A DNA stretch of 64,000 nt from Acidobacteriota bacterium (GCA_965217775.1 CBDCJH010000002.1:2080001-2144000), one strand, 5' to 3'; positions 30,451 to 39,772 are shown, numbered from the stretch's first letter. Made by a program: numbers and translations. Notes: generated by a model from the letters alone, not told the origin.

Positions 30451-31680
30451 ATGGTGAGATCGGAGAGGCGCTCCCAATTCATCAGCCGCCGGATGTTTTT
30501 CCAAAGTGCGAAGGCAGCCGGTACGACCGCATTGACGGCTTCGCTATTCGGAAAATCGTATCGCCCGCTCGAGGCTGGCAAGCAGTTGCGGATCGGTGTG
30601 GTGGGCGGCGGATTCGGCGCCGCGTTTCCCTGGCAGCGGCATCCCAACTGCAAGGTGACCGCGGTCGCTGATCTCAGGGCGGACCGGCGGAAAAGGCTGG
30701 AAGAGAGTTTCGAATGCTCTAACACCTATGCCGATTTCCGTGCCATGCTCAAGGACCCTTCAGTGGATGCAGTCGCCATCTTCACCGGGGCACCCCATCA
30801 CGTTCCGCACTGCGTGGAGGTCATGGAATCCGGTCGGCACGTCATCAGTGCGGTTCCAGCCGCCATAACCTTGGAACAGTGCCAGCAGCTTCTGGAGGCC
30901 GTGAAGCAGACCGGCCAGATCTACATGATGGCCGAAACCAGTTGCTTTCACCCAGCCACCATGACTGCCCGTAGACTGAGACAAGAAGGCAAGTTCGGGA
31001 GAATCTACTACACCCAGGGGGATTACATCCATGACCACGGCACCTACCTGGCGAAGGGGGAGATGCCGGAGTATCTGGAGCGGATGTTCTTTCACGAGGG
31101 TAAGCCGACATGGCGGTATGGCAACGCTCAAGGCCTCTATATCACCCATGCCAGCGGTCCGATCATTCATGTGACCGGCGAGAGCCTGGTTGAGGTCGCG
31201 GCGGTCGGAACACCGATGGACTACCCGTTCTTCAAGGAGAACCGGTACGGTAACCCGTTTGTGAACACCACCTTCTTCTTCAAGACGTCGGGTGGAAACT
31301 CCTCCCGAATCAACATCCACTGGTGGACCTCAGCTCCCGGCCGTGAAGGAGCGGATTATTTTGGGACCGAAATGTCGTTGTTCGAGAGGTGGAAGGGTCT
31401 GCGCCCTTCCGCTTACGTGACCCGTCCTCATTCAGAACCCGAACTTTTGCAGGCAGACCACTCGGCAGAACTGCCGCCGTCGCTGCGGAACGTTGGGGGA
31501 CACGGGGGTTCCCATCCCTTCATCATTCATGAGTTCGTTTCGGCATGTCTGGAGCAACGGCCCCCGTCGGTCGATGTCCATCAGGCCCTGTCCTATACTG
31601 CGCCCGGAATCGTAGGATTCCACTCGGCCCTAAAGGGTGGAGACTGGCTGAAGATTCCCGATTTTGGACCCGTCAGCTAG
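30451..31680 (+). CDS. Tat-exported Gfo/Idh/MocA oxidoreductase, copy 1
   Basis: SRRMFF twin-arginine signal, RIGVVGGGFG, YMMAET, GGHGGSH; 409 aa. Confidence 0.88.
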   Translation: MVRSERRSQFISRRMFFQSAKAAGTTALTASLFGKSYRPLEAGKQLRIGVVGGGFGAAFPWQRHPNCKVTAVADLRADRRKRLEESFECSNTYADFRAMLKDPSVDAVAIFTGAPHHVPHCVEVMESGRHVISAVPAAITLEQCQQLLEAVKQTGQIYMMAETSCFHPATMTARRLRQEGKFGRIYYTQGDYIHDHGTYLAKGEMPEYLERMFFHEGKPTWRYGNAQGLYITHASGPIIHVTGESLVEVAAVGTPMDYPFFKENRYGNPFVNTTFFFKTSGGNSSRINIHWWTSAPGREGADYFGTEMSLFERWKGLRPSAYVTRPHSEPELLQADHSAELPPSLRNVGGHGGSHPFIIHEFVSACLEQRPPSVDVHQALSYTAPGIVGFHSALKGGDWLKIPDFGPVS

Positions 31681-31720
31681 CCGATCCCGGAGAGTCCGGC
31701 GGCTTGGGGAACTCGCGCGG

Positions 31721-31749
31721 CGAGACGAGGTGACCGTCCCCTTCTTCCG
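31721..31749 (+). repeat. Repeat R2
   Basis: CGAGACGAGGTGACCGTCCCCTTCTTCCG. Confidence 0.9.
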
Positions 31750-31961
31750 CGCCGACGGGCCTGGAATCCTGCGCCGCGAAAGGTTGTGGAATAGTAGTTG
31801 ACCAAGCGATTGGGAACTTGCTAGGTTGACCGACCGAATGGGGAAGCCACACTTACCTGAGCCCTTCGATGGGGCCTGCTGGTTTTAAATGGAGGGATGA
31901 GTTCCGCATCTGAAACTAACCGATGAGGATTGGCGGGACTGGTTGACTCGGGAGATTTGAG

Positions 31962-32465
31962 ATGACTCGATACCCGATTGTTTACACCTACAGAGAAGTC
32001 ATTGTGGGCAATGGATACGTGGCGGCCGTGGAAACCACTGGCAGGTGCCTGATGGAGGACTTTGGTAATGAGGATGTCTGGGTCACCGGAGTCGATCCTT
32101 CTGGATTTTCCGCCGGGGCCGACGACCAACAAGCCGCTGCGGAAGCCTTCCAGCGAGAGCACCGTGTCGCTCTCCTTGACATGATTCATGAGGCACCTGA
32201 TTTCGAGAGCTTTAGCACCATGGTCCATGAGTTCCATGCTCAGAAGAGTGTGATCGGCCAGAAGGAATGGTGGGAAGCCGTTGCTCAAGTAAGGGCTGGG
32301 GTAATCACATCTGAGTGGCTGGAGAAAGTGTCGGCCGACACTGAACCCAAGCTCAAGGTTCAGTGTATTTCTTTGGGCAATTCCGAGGAGCCCGTGGAAC
32401 ATCGGGCTGTACCGAGCCCGTCACTCAATCCTGACGAGTATCAGATTAGAAAACTCGCTGCGTGA
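31962..32465 (+). CDS. Hypothetical protein (possibly HicB-like fold)
   Basis: 167-aa ORF with GGGAG RBS; TGATG overlap with a following 26-codon stub. Confidence 0.6.
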   Translation: MTRYPIVYTYREVIVGNGYVAAVETTGRCLMEDFGNEDVWVTGVDPSGFSAGADDQQAAAEAFQREHRVALLDMIHEAPDFESFSTMVHEFHAQKSVIGQKEWWEAVAQVRAGVITSEWLEKVSADTEPKLKVQCISLGNSEEPVEHRAVPSPSLNPDEYQIRKLAA

Positions 32466-32545
32466 TGCCGGCGAAAGGGCAGATTCCCATCAGGCAAGTG
32501 AAGAAAATGCTTGATGAATGTGCCCCCGGATCCGAACTGCCTTGA
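32465..32545 (+). pseudogene. Truncated partner gene ending at repeat R3
   Basis: MPAKGQIPIRQVKKMLDECAPGSELP*, translationally coupled; the stop abuts R3. Confidence 0.45.
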
Positions 32546-32574
32546 GGAGAGGAGGTGACTGTCCCCTTCTCCCG
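32546..32574 (+). repeat. Repeat R3
   Basis: GGAGAGGAGGTGACTGTCCCCTTCTCCCG. Confidence 0.95.
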
Positions 32575-33090
32575 AAGTGGCCCACATGCACGCGCGATGG
32601 CGCTGTCCGCGACCTCGCGCCGGACACTGCCGAGGTCGAGGCTCCCACTGATCCGCAGGCTGGCCGTGCCCGGCCTGAAGATGCGGTCCCGCAAGACCCG
32701 CTTCTCTCATCTCAGTTCGTCGGCAGTCTTCAATTGTCCTTCCTCGACGGAATCCGGAGCGAGACTTGGTTCAGCGTCCCTAACCGTCGGTTCGCCGAAG
32801 GATCGGGGTGCGCCACGTTCTCCAGCCCATGGCAATTGCTGATTGATCGATTACTTCACGTACTTTACACTATATAAGCTCATAATATCACTATAATTTC
32901 ACTCTATTCTGCTATCGTTGATTCAAGTATGTTGCTCGACGCGTTAGAGGCCATTTGTTGGCCTTCGAACGTTTCACAGAGAACTCAGCATGGGAAGCGC
33001 AGGTCACCGCGGGGTACCCGATCCAGTTGAGATCCTAGAGACGATTGACGTGATTACCCGTTCGGCACCCATGTAGTTGAAAAGAATCCA

Positions 33091-34716
33091 ATGAGAAAGC
33101 AGATGAGACCGATTGTCTTGGTTTTCGTGACGGCGTTGTTCGGCTGGGTGACCGGTGCCTCCGGGCTTGCCCAGACCATCTACGAGGTCACCATCTATAA
33201 CCTCACTCGGGGTCAGTTGATCACCCCTCCATTGCTGGCCACGCTCGGCCGAGAGGTTCAGAGCACGGATCAGACCGATCCACCGTATGCGGGCACTGTC
33301 TGGATCGACCCGGACATCATCACGCCATCAGATCCGACTGCGCTCGTGAGCGTGACGGATGCCGGAAGGGGGCAACGGACGATGTTCGACCAGCGGATCA
33401 AGGACTGGATCATGGTCAACGCCTATTTGTTCATGGCCCGATTTGATGATGGGCTGACTGCGGAGATTCAGGTCAATCCAGAGTTCGGCAGTGCGTCCTC
33501 CGCGATGGCAAAGGCAAGCAAATATGGGAGATCCATTGGCCAATTGCCGACCGTTCTTCGAACCAATGTCGAGACGGTCTGGATCCATAAAGGGAATGCA
33601 CCTCTCGGGGGTGGGAACAACAATATTCTCATTCATGTCGATTTTCCGGAAGATTATCTGGAGGAGGGATTGGTCCACGAGGGGGCGCACACTTCCCTGG
33701 ACCCACCTTGGATGGGGATTGTCAATGCCGCCGATTGGCGCGCTGCCCAGACGGCCGATGGCAACTTCATTTCCAACTACGCACGAGACCATCCGGAGCG
33801 AGAAGACATCGCCGAATCGTTCCTGCCGTACTTGGCCGTCCGAAATCGTTCGGCTCGAATCTCCCGATCTTACGAGCGGACAATCTTGGAGACGATGCCG
33901 AACCGGATCGCATACTTCGACCGACTTCTCCAGGCTCAATCGGACAACGCATTGCATCCAATCACGTTGGACCTTCGAAAGTCTCTGGACTTCGCGCATT
34001 TCGGGAATGGCGGGTCCATCACCTCGGACTTGGTGTTGATGAACGTGGAGCCGTCGGCGACTTACCCGGCCGTCTACTTCTACGACGAAATGGGTGAACT
34101 GATCGACCCCGAATCGGTGGTGGAGGTGACGGAAAATCTGGAAGTCCGGGAGGACGGAGCGTTGACCACCCGGACGGGGATTGAGCCTCTGGGTGAACTG
34201 GTGATTTCGACCCATGGGCGAGGGAAGTTGGTGACCGGATCGGTTACGGTCTTCTCCGACATCGTGCGCTCCAATCTCCAGGGCGGCAAGAACCGAGCGG
34301 ATGCGGGTGGCGCGGCCCGCATCGGCGGGGTCCTGCGGTTCGACTCCCCGTCCCTGGGCGTGGCCGGCGTGGGGGCCAGTGCGCCCGTAAACGACGTCAT
34401 TTTCCCGGCGCGTCGCCAAGAGGGCGGAATCAACACCGGAGCCGCGATCCGGAACCTGGGAGAGAATCGGATCGATGTGAGTTGCCAATTGATGAAAGCA
34501 GGCGCCGTATTGGAGACGAAGGACATTTCACTGGCCGGTAACGGACAGACGGCCAAGTTCATCCACGAGTTGTTCACCCAGACCGATACGTCCGATTTTG
34601 TCGGGTCGGTTCGTTGCACCGCTCCTGAAGGGGAACGGTTCACCGGTGTCGCCCTGGAGATGGATGCCGATAGCCGAATCTTTACGACTTTGCCGGTGGT
34701 TCCCGTCCCGCAGTGA
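33091..34716 (+). CDS. Secreted HExxH zincin-like protein with one copy of the shared C-terminal domain
   Basis: Signal peptide; LVHEGAH and NYA...EDIAESF; C-terminal DFAHFGNG...IFTTLPVVP homologous to the giant proteins. Confidence 0.8.
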   Translation: MRKQMRPIVLVFVTALFGWVTGASGLAQTIYEVTIYNLTRGQLITPPLLATLGREVQSTDQTDPPYAGTVWIDPDIITPSDPTALVSVTDAGRGQRTMFDQRIKDWIMVNAYLFMARFDDGLTAEIQVNPEFGSASSAMAKASKYGRSIGQLPTVLRTNVETVWIHKGNAPLGGGNNNILIHVDFPEDYLEEGLVHEGAHTSLDPPWMGIVNAADWRAAQTADGNFISNYARDHPEREDIAESFLPYLAVRNRSARISRSYERTILETMPNRIAYFDRLLQAQSDNALHPITLDLRKSLDFAHFGNGGSITSDLVLMNVEPSATYPAVYFYDEMGELIDPESVVEVTENLEVREDGALTTRTGIEPLGELVISTHGRGKLVTGSVTVFSDIVRSNLQGGKNRADAGGAARIGGVLRFDSPSLGVAGVGASAPVNDVIFPARRQEGGINTGAAIRNLGENRIDVSCQLMKAGAVLETKDISLAGNGQTAKFIHELFTQTDTSDFVGSVRCTAPEGERFTGVALEMDADSRIFTTLPVVPVPQ

Positions 34717-34739
34717 CGAGAATCAATTGAAAAGACGTC

Positions 34740-34850
34740 CTTCCGATAGCCGATGCCGCCGCTCTCCGTGCCGACCTCGGTCTGATACTTGAGGATAAAG
34801 GTGATCAGGTCGGCCATCTCCTGGTGGTCGATGTTCTCTTCCAGACTCTT
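34740..34850 (-). pseudogene. 3' fragment of a paralogue of the PVC-type heme protein at 46733-49900
   Basis: LEENIDHQEMADLITFILKYQTEVGTESGGIGY versus LEETINHQEMADLISFILKYQYEVGTESAGIGY. Confidence 0.8.
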
Positions 34851-34862
34851 GTAACGGGCCCG

Positions 34863-34891
34863 CGAGAGGAGGTGACTGTCCCTTTCTCCGT
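34863..34891 (+). repeat. Repeat R4
   Basis: CGAGAGGAGGTGACTGTCCCTTTCTCCGT. Confidence 0.95.
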
Positions 34892-34907
34892 TTCACTTGA
34901 CTTACAG

Positions 34908-35189
34908 TCAGCAAAACGACCCCATTACGTAGATACCACCGAGAAGCGCCCCAGTGAGAACAATTGCCGGAATGTATCCTCCCGATGGTGCCGCCGGTGG
35001 TGGTGCCGATGGTGCCGCCGGTGGTGGTGCCGACCTGGAGTTTAGCCATCGGATCGACGCCCAAATCAGCAGAATCACGAAGACCGGAAGTAGAGCCAGT
35101 GCAGCAAGATACAAAAATGCAAGAATCCCCAGGCCACCGACCCCCAAGATTACCGCTATCGCTGCCAGTAACTCTGCTATCTCTGCCAT
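34908..35189 (-). CDS. Small hypothetical membrane protein
   Basis: GAGGGGGG RBS, hydrophobic segments, internal 24-bp tandem duplication at 34982-35029. Confidence 0.5.
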   Translation of the reverse strand: MAEIAELLAAIAVILGVGGLGILAFLYLAALALLPVFVILLIWASIRWLNSRSAPPPAAPSAPPPAAPSGGYIPAIVLTGALLGGIYVMGSFC

Positions 35190-35521
35190 GGCGAAGCCCC
35201 CCTCAGTATTTGCCCCTCTTCTCGCCGGTCGCCTTCCACCATCCGAACGCCAGAGCTGCCCGTTGCTCCCGGTCGGGATGCTCGAAGTCATGCGCGAATA
35301 GTCGATCAGGTCTGGAAGCCGGACCCTTGTAGCGTAGATCGAACGCAGCCGCGACGAGCCGAACGAGGAAGCTTCTCACTTGCCATTGATCCGCCTTGAG
35401 ACCCGGGGTCCGCTGCCGAGACATGCTACCCAGGATTGCAGACAGTTGGAACCGGGGGACCTCCAGTAAATCCAGGCTGGAGTTGATTGCCGATCAAATT
35501 CGACCTGGAGCATCCGTTTCC

Positions 35522-35778
35522 TCATTCTGCCGCCTCGTAGAGCGATGAAATCCCGAACCCCTGGACCTCGACGCCCTCAGAGTAGGCAGTCGACATAGCG
35601 GGAGATTTCCAACGCAGGATGACCGCGACCGCATGCGCCGGTATACCGTTCAATGTGAGCTGCTGAGCCAGACCCCCTCTCAGGGAATGACCGGAGACCC
35701 TGCCCCGGATGCCCGATTGACGTGCCCTTTTCTTGATCACGTCTCGAACTGCCCGAGCTACGAGCTTCACGTGGAGAG
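35522..35778 (-). pseudogene. C-terminal fragment of a tyrosine recombinase, cut at R5
   Basis: VIKKRARQSGI..RVSGHSLRGG.AQQL...RWKSPAMSTAY (HxLR box and catalytic Tyr region); no N-terminus. Confidence 0.75.
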
Positions 35779-36174
35779 TGAAGAGAGGTGACTGTCCCCT
35801 TCTCTCGTCCCCGTTGAAGTCAACGAGACATCGAGCCTCACTTGGTCGTAAGGCACCCGCGGGACCAGCCTCCCACGCGCTCCCCGTTGCAATTCCACGA
35901 TCCCGTATTGAGACATCGTCTTCAGAGTTCGCGAAAGGTTCGACTTGCTTCGTCCGGCCATCTCCGCGAGCTCCGTGAGCGAACCCGGTTGCTCTCGGGC
36001 AATCAGCTCCAGGAGATGCCTGTTGTGCTCGGACAGCAACTTCGCAATGCTCTCGATCGAGGTGAACCACACCTTCGGCTCACCCTTCGCGGGCGTGTGC
36101 TCGCCGCGGGCAATCGCCAGGGTGCGCGCCTTCATCTGATCATAACCGGCAATCCCGATCTCTAACGTCTTCAT
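35767..36174 (-). CDS. HTH transcriptional regulator/antitoxin (HVO_A0114-like)
   Basis: WFTSIESIAKLLS...PGSLTELAEMAGRSKSNLSRTLK; the C-terminus reads through R5. Confidence 0.75.
   Translation of the reverse strand: MKTLEIGIAGYDQMKARTLAIARGEHTPAKGEPKVWFTSIESIAKLLSEHNRHLLELIAREQPGSLTELAEMAGRSKSNLSRTLKTMSQYGIVELQRGARGRLVPRVPYDQVRLDVSLTSTGTREGDSHLSSLST
35779..35807 (+). repeat. Repeat R5
   Basis: TGAAGAGAGGTGACTGTCCCCTTCTCTCG. Confidence 0.9.
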
Positions 36175-36246
36175 GGAATCGAGCCTCCTTTCTCCAAGAA
36201 CTTGGTCCACTTCTTTCCAGAAATCCTCGAGGAGCGTCGCTGCGTC

Positions 36247-36543
36247 TTAGTATTCATAGGGCCGGATCGTCCGCAGCCGATGCCGATGGTCGCCCTCTGC
36301 CCGTCGTCGCCTGCCCGGGCCCGACCGCTCCCTAACCGGGTGCGCATTATCGATTCCAACCAATCTGGCGCCATCCGGCGCGTGCAGCGTCAACGAGTAC
36401 CGGAGGCCGTGCGGTCGTTCGGGAGTCACCTCGGTCCGCACTACGATGAACTTCACCCAATACCCCGTGTCGTCCACAAACAGCGTCTCGCCGTGAAGGT
36501 CGAGCAGGGTGTCCAGTCCGGGATCTCGGCCCGGAATCGTCAT
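36247..36543 (-). pseudogene. DUF6516/TumE-like putative toxin, probably with a premature stop
   Basis: RPHGLRYSLTLHAPDGARLVGIDNAH..DHRH; after the TAA the frame continues DAATLLEDFWKEVD. Confidence 0.65.
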
Positions 36544-36580
36544 CGATTGATGTTATCAGATAATGATAACCGAGGACGGG

Positions 36581-36609
36581 CGAGAGGAGATGACTGTCCC
36601 CTTCTCTCG
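36581..36609 (+). repeat. Repeat R6
   Basis: CGAGAGGAGATGACTGTCCCCTTCTCTCG. Confidence 0.95.
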
Positions 36610-36693
36610 CCTTGCGTTACCCTGCCTTGACCGCCTGATTCGGTGCCCTCTACGATTCACCCCAGATTCCAGCCCACAGAAAGGACAGCCATC

Positions 36694-37923
36694 ATGGTGA
36701 GATCGAAAGCACGATCCCAATCCATCAGTCGCCGAATGTTTTTCCAAGGTGCAAAGGCAGCTGGTACGACAGCATTGACGGCTTCACTATTCGGAAGACG
36801 GTACCGCCCGCTTGAGGCTGGCAAGCAGTTGCGCATCGGCGTGGTGGGCGGTGGATTCGGCGCAGCGTTTCCCTGGCATCGGCATCCCAACTGCAAGGTG
36901 ACCGCAGTCGCTGATCTCAGGGAGGACCGCCGGAAAAAGATGGAAGAGCGGTTCGAGTGCTCTAACGCCTATGCGGATTTCCGCGCCATGCTCAAGGACC
37001 CCTCAGTGGATGCAGTCTCCATCTTCACCGGGGCGCCCCGTCACGTTCCCCATTGCGTGGAGGTCATGGAATCCGGTCGACACGTTATCAGCGCCGTTCC
37101 GGCCGCCATAACCCTGGAACAGTGCCAGCAGCTTCTCGTGGCCGTCAAAAAAACCGGCCAGATCTACATGATGGCCGAAACCAGCTGCTTTCACCCATCC
37201 ACCATGACTGCCCGCAGACTAAGGCAAGACGGCAAGTTCGGGAGAATCTATTACACGCAGGGGGACTACCTCCATGACCACGGCACCTACTTGGCGAAGG
37301 GGGAGATGCCGGAGTATCTGGATCGGATGTTCTTTCACGAGGGCAAGCGAACATGGCGGTACGGCAACGCGCAAGGCCTCTATATCACCCATGCCAGCGG
37401 TCCGATCATTTATGTGACCGGCGAGAGCTTGGTTGAGGTCGCGGCGGTCGGAACGCCGTTGGATCACCCGTTCTACAAGGAGAACCGGTACGGCAACCCC
37501 TTCATGAACACCACCTTCTTCTTCAAAACGTCGGGTGGAAACTCCTCCCGAGTCAACATCCACTGGTGGACCGCAGCTCCCGGCCGTGAAGGTGCGGACT
37601 ATTTTGGGACCGAAATGTCGTTATTCGAGAGGTGGAAGGGTCTGCGCCCTTCCGCTTACGTGACTCGTCCTCATTCAGAACCCGAACTTCTGCAGGCAGA
37701 CCACTCCGGGGAACTGCCGCCGTCACTGCGGACCGTTGGGGGACACGGGGGTTCCCATCCCTTCATCATTCATGAGTTCGTTTCGGCATGTCTGGAGCAG
37801 CGCCCCCCGTCAGTCGATGTCCATCAGGCCCTGTCCTATACTGCGCCCGGAATCGTAGGATTCCACTCGGCTCTGAAGGGTGGAGACTGGCTGAAGATTC
37901 CCGATTTTGGACCCGTCAGTTAG
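36694..37923 (+). CDS. Tat-exported Gfo/Idh/MocA oxidoreductase, copy 2
   Basis: 409 aa, collinear and highly similar to 30451-31680. Confidence 0.88.
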   Translation: MVRSKARSQSISRRMFFQGAKAAGTTALTASLFGRRYRPLEAGKQLRIGVVGGGFGAAFPWHRHPNCKVTAVADLREDRRKKMEERFECSNAYADFRAMLKDPSVDAVSIFTGAPRHVPHCVEVMESGRHVISAVPAAITLEQCQQLLVAVKKTGQIYMMAETSCFHPSTMTARRLRQDGKFGRIYYTQGDYLHDHGTYLAKGEMPEYLDRMFFHEGKRTWRYGNAQGLYITHASGPIIYVTGESLVEVAAVGTPLDHPFYKENRYGNPFMNTTFFFKTSGGNSSRVNIHWWTAAPGREGADYFGTEMSLFERWKGLRPSAYVTRPHSEPELLQADHSGELPPSLRTVGGHGGSHPFIIHEFVSACLEQRPPSVDVHQALSYTAPGIVGFHSALKGGDWLKIPDFGPVS

Positions 37924-37963
37924 CCATAACCGGTGAGCCCGGTTGTTTTGGAAACTCGCGCGG

Positions 37964-37992
37964 CGAGAGGAGGTGACTGTCCCCTTCTCCCG
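37964..37992 (+). repeat. Repeat R7
   Basis: CGAGAGGAGGTGACTGTCCCCTTCTCCCG. Confidence 0.95.
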
Positions 37993-38099
37993 GTTATGGC
38001 CGCCAATTTCCTCCGGGCTATGGCAGGAAGAATAGAGTCGTTTAAACTGCACTCATAGGCTGAAAATGTAGCACCATCCCATCGGCGAGGAGAGAGTCA

Positions 38100-38780
38100 A
38101 TGGCATCGGCACTCAAGAACTTGTCGCCAATTCGTGCTTGCGGCGAAGTCTTGCCGCCACCGCAGCTATTCGAGAATATCCCGATGCTGCACTGGTTTTT
38201 GACAGAGGTGCTTGAGGATTGGCTGCGTGCAGTCGGTCCTTATCAAGAGCAAGTTGATAACGCGGAGGACGAAGCAGCGATGATATATGCGTTCGTGGAT
38301 CTCCAATCCATGTTCTTGAAGTGCCTATTCTCCTATGCCTTCTTCTTCGTTTCAGCTGATAACGCTTATGCGTTTTTTTACAAGAAGTTGAACCGCGCAA
38401 ACTTTCTTTCAGGTCTGAGATTAAAGCATGGAAAACCACCGAAAAAGACGTCATTGGTTTGCAAACTCCGTCGGATCAGAAACATTTCCATCGCGCATTT
38501 TCCGTCTGACGATGCCAATCCCATTGATGCTTTCGCTGGTATGTCCTGGACACCGATGAGTCTGTCGTCATCCAGTGGTGGTCGCGTGGATCTTGAGAAA
38601 CTTACCTTCGTACCAGGTCGATTTCGCGGGATAGATGCATCAGGCCAAAGTATCGAATCTGAAGACTTTGAAATTTCTGGAATTAGGACCCTGCACCAGC
38701 ATTGTATGTCGTACTTGGAGCAATACGATCAGATTTGCTGCGACTATTTGGGTGGACTAAAAATCGCAATTGGAACTTGA
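38100..38780 (+). CDS. Hypothetical protein with a HEPN-like R-x5-H motif
   Basis: GAGGAG RBS, lower GC, helical-looking sequence, LRRIRNISIAH. Confidence 0.6.
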   Translation: MASALKNLSPIRACGEVLPPPQLFENIPMLHWFLTEVLEDWLRAVGPYQEQVDNAEDEAAMIYAFVDLQSMFLKCLFSYAFFFVSADNAYAFFYKKLNRANFLSGLRLKHGKPPKKTSLVCKLRRIRNISIAHFPSDDANPIDAFAGMSWTPMSLSSSSGGRVDLEKLTFVPGRFRGIDASGQSIESEDFEISGIRTLHQHCMSYLEQYDQICCDYLGGLKIAIGT

Positions 38781-38804
38781 AACGCGTCGGCAACAAAATA
38801 CGGA

Positions 38805-38833
38805 CAAGAGGAGGTGACTGTCTCCTTCTCCCG
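38805..38833 (+). repeat. Repeat R8
   Basis: CAAGAGGAGGTGACTGTCTCCTTCTCCCG. Confidence 0.9.
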
Positions 38834-38914
38834 CCCGTCAAAGCTGGAGACGAAATTGTTGGGTGGAGTTCCGGAAACCCCGGTGTTCCACTTTGACCGA
38901 CAAGAACTCCCATC

Positions 38915-39568
38915 ATGCTTGACATCGCGAGAGTTATGAGCGAACTGGCTAGCGATAGGCCGGTGTTTCATTCCGAGGCCGACTTCCAGCACGCGTTTGC
39001 GTGGCACATTCACTCCTTAATGCCGAACGGCAAGGTTCGTCTGGAATACCGACCCTTACCGGACGAAGCGGTGTACCTGGACCTCTGGTTTCCTGCTATC
39101 GGAGTTGTCGTGGAACTGAAGTACTACACCCGAGAGCTTAAGCTTGAACACGACAGTGAATTGTTCTCGCTACGCAATCAGGCAGCGATGCCACCCCGCC
39201 GATATGACTTTCTAAAAGACATTCAACGGCTTGAGCGAGTGTGCAGAAAGCGGAGGGACATTCGAACCGGTTTCGCGGTCCTGCTGACCAACGATTACCT
39301 CTATTGGACACAATCGGCACGGGACAATGTTGTGGATGCCGATTTCTGCCTCTACGCCGGACGGCTAGTTGCGGGAGAAATGGATTGGTCGATGGGCGCT
39401 GCCGACGGAACGAAGAGAGGCCGGGAAAAACCCATCTGTCTTGCTGGTTCCTACGAACTGCAATGGCGTGATTATCCGGCGGAGATTGGCGACGCACGCC
39501 ATGGACAGTTTCGTTACCTAGCGGTCCAGGTGTCCCCGCTGGGCTGTGGTGGCCTCGCTCCCGAATAG
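38915..39568 (+). CDS. Putative PD-(D/E)XK nuclease-fold protein
   Basis: FHSEADFQ...YLDLW...VVELKY...DFLKDIQRLE. Confidence 0.6.
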   Translation: MLDIARVMSELASDRPVFHSEADFQHAFAWHIHSLMPNGKVRLEYRPLPDEAVYLDLWFPAIGVVVELKYYTRELKLEHDSELFSLRNQAAMPPRRYDFLKDIQRLERVCRKRRDIRTGFAVLLTNDYLYWTQSARDNVVDADFCLYAGRLVAGEMDWSMGAADGTKRGREKPICLAGSYELQWRDYPAEIGDARHGQFRYLAVQVSPLGCGGLAPE

Positions 39569-39772
39569 GGTATGGCAAGGTATTTTTTGGGACTACAACC
39601 CACAACCCTAACTGGCTGATTTTCTGCGCCGGACGTGGTCCTGTGCCCCACTCTTTCCGGCCTTGGTGAGTTCACTCCGACGAAATAATCGCATTTGCCC
39701 CTTCTGGGATCATTCCAACCAGGAGGTCGATGCCTGAGGCGCCGGACCCACAAATGCGGAGGAAGGGCCAAA

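Noticed and set aside
34982-35029. 24-bp tandem duplication as a functional repeat locus
   Set aside because: There are only two units, consistent with in-frame slippage in a small Pro/Ala-rich linker.
35522-36070. 182-aa ORF as an intact integrase
   Set aside because: The upstream half overlaps the antitoxin gene in another frame and crosses R5; only the part left of R5 is recombinase-like.
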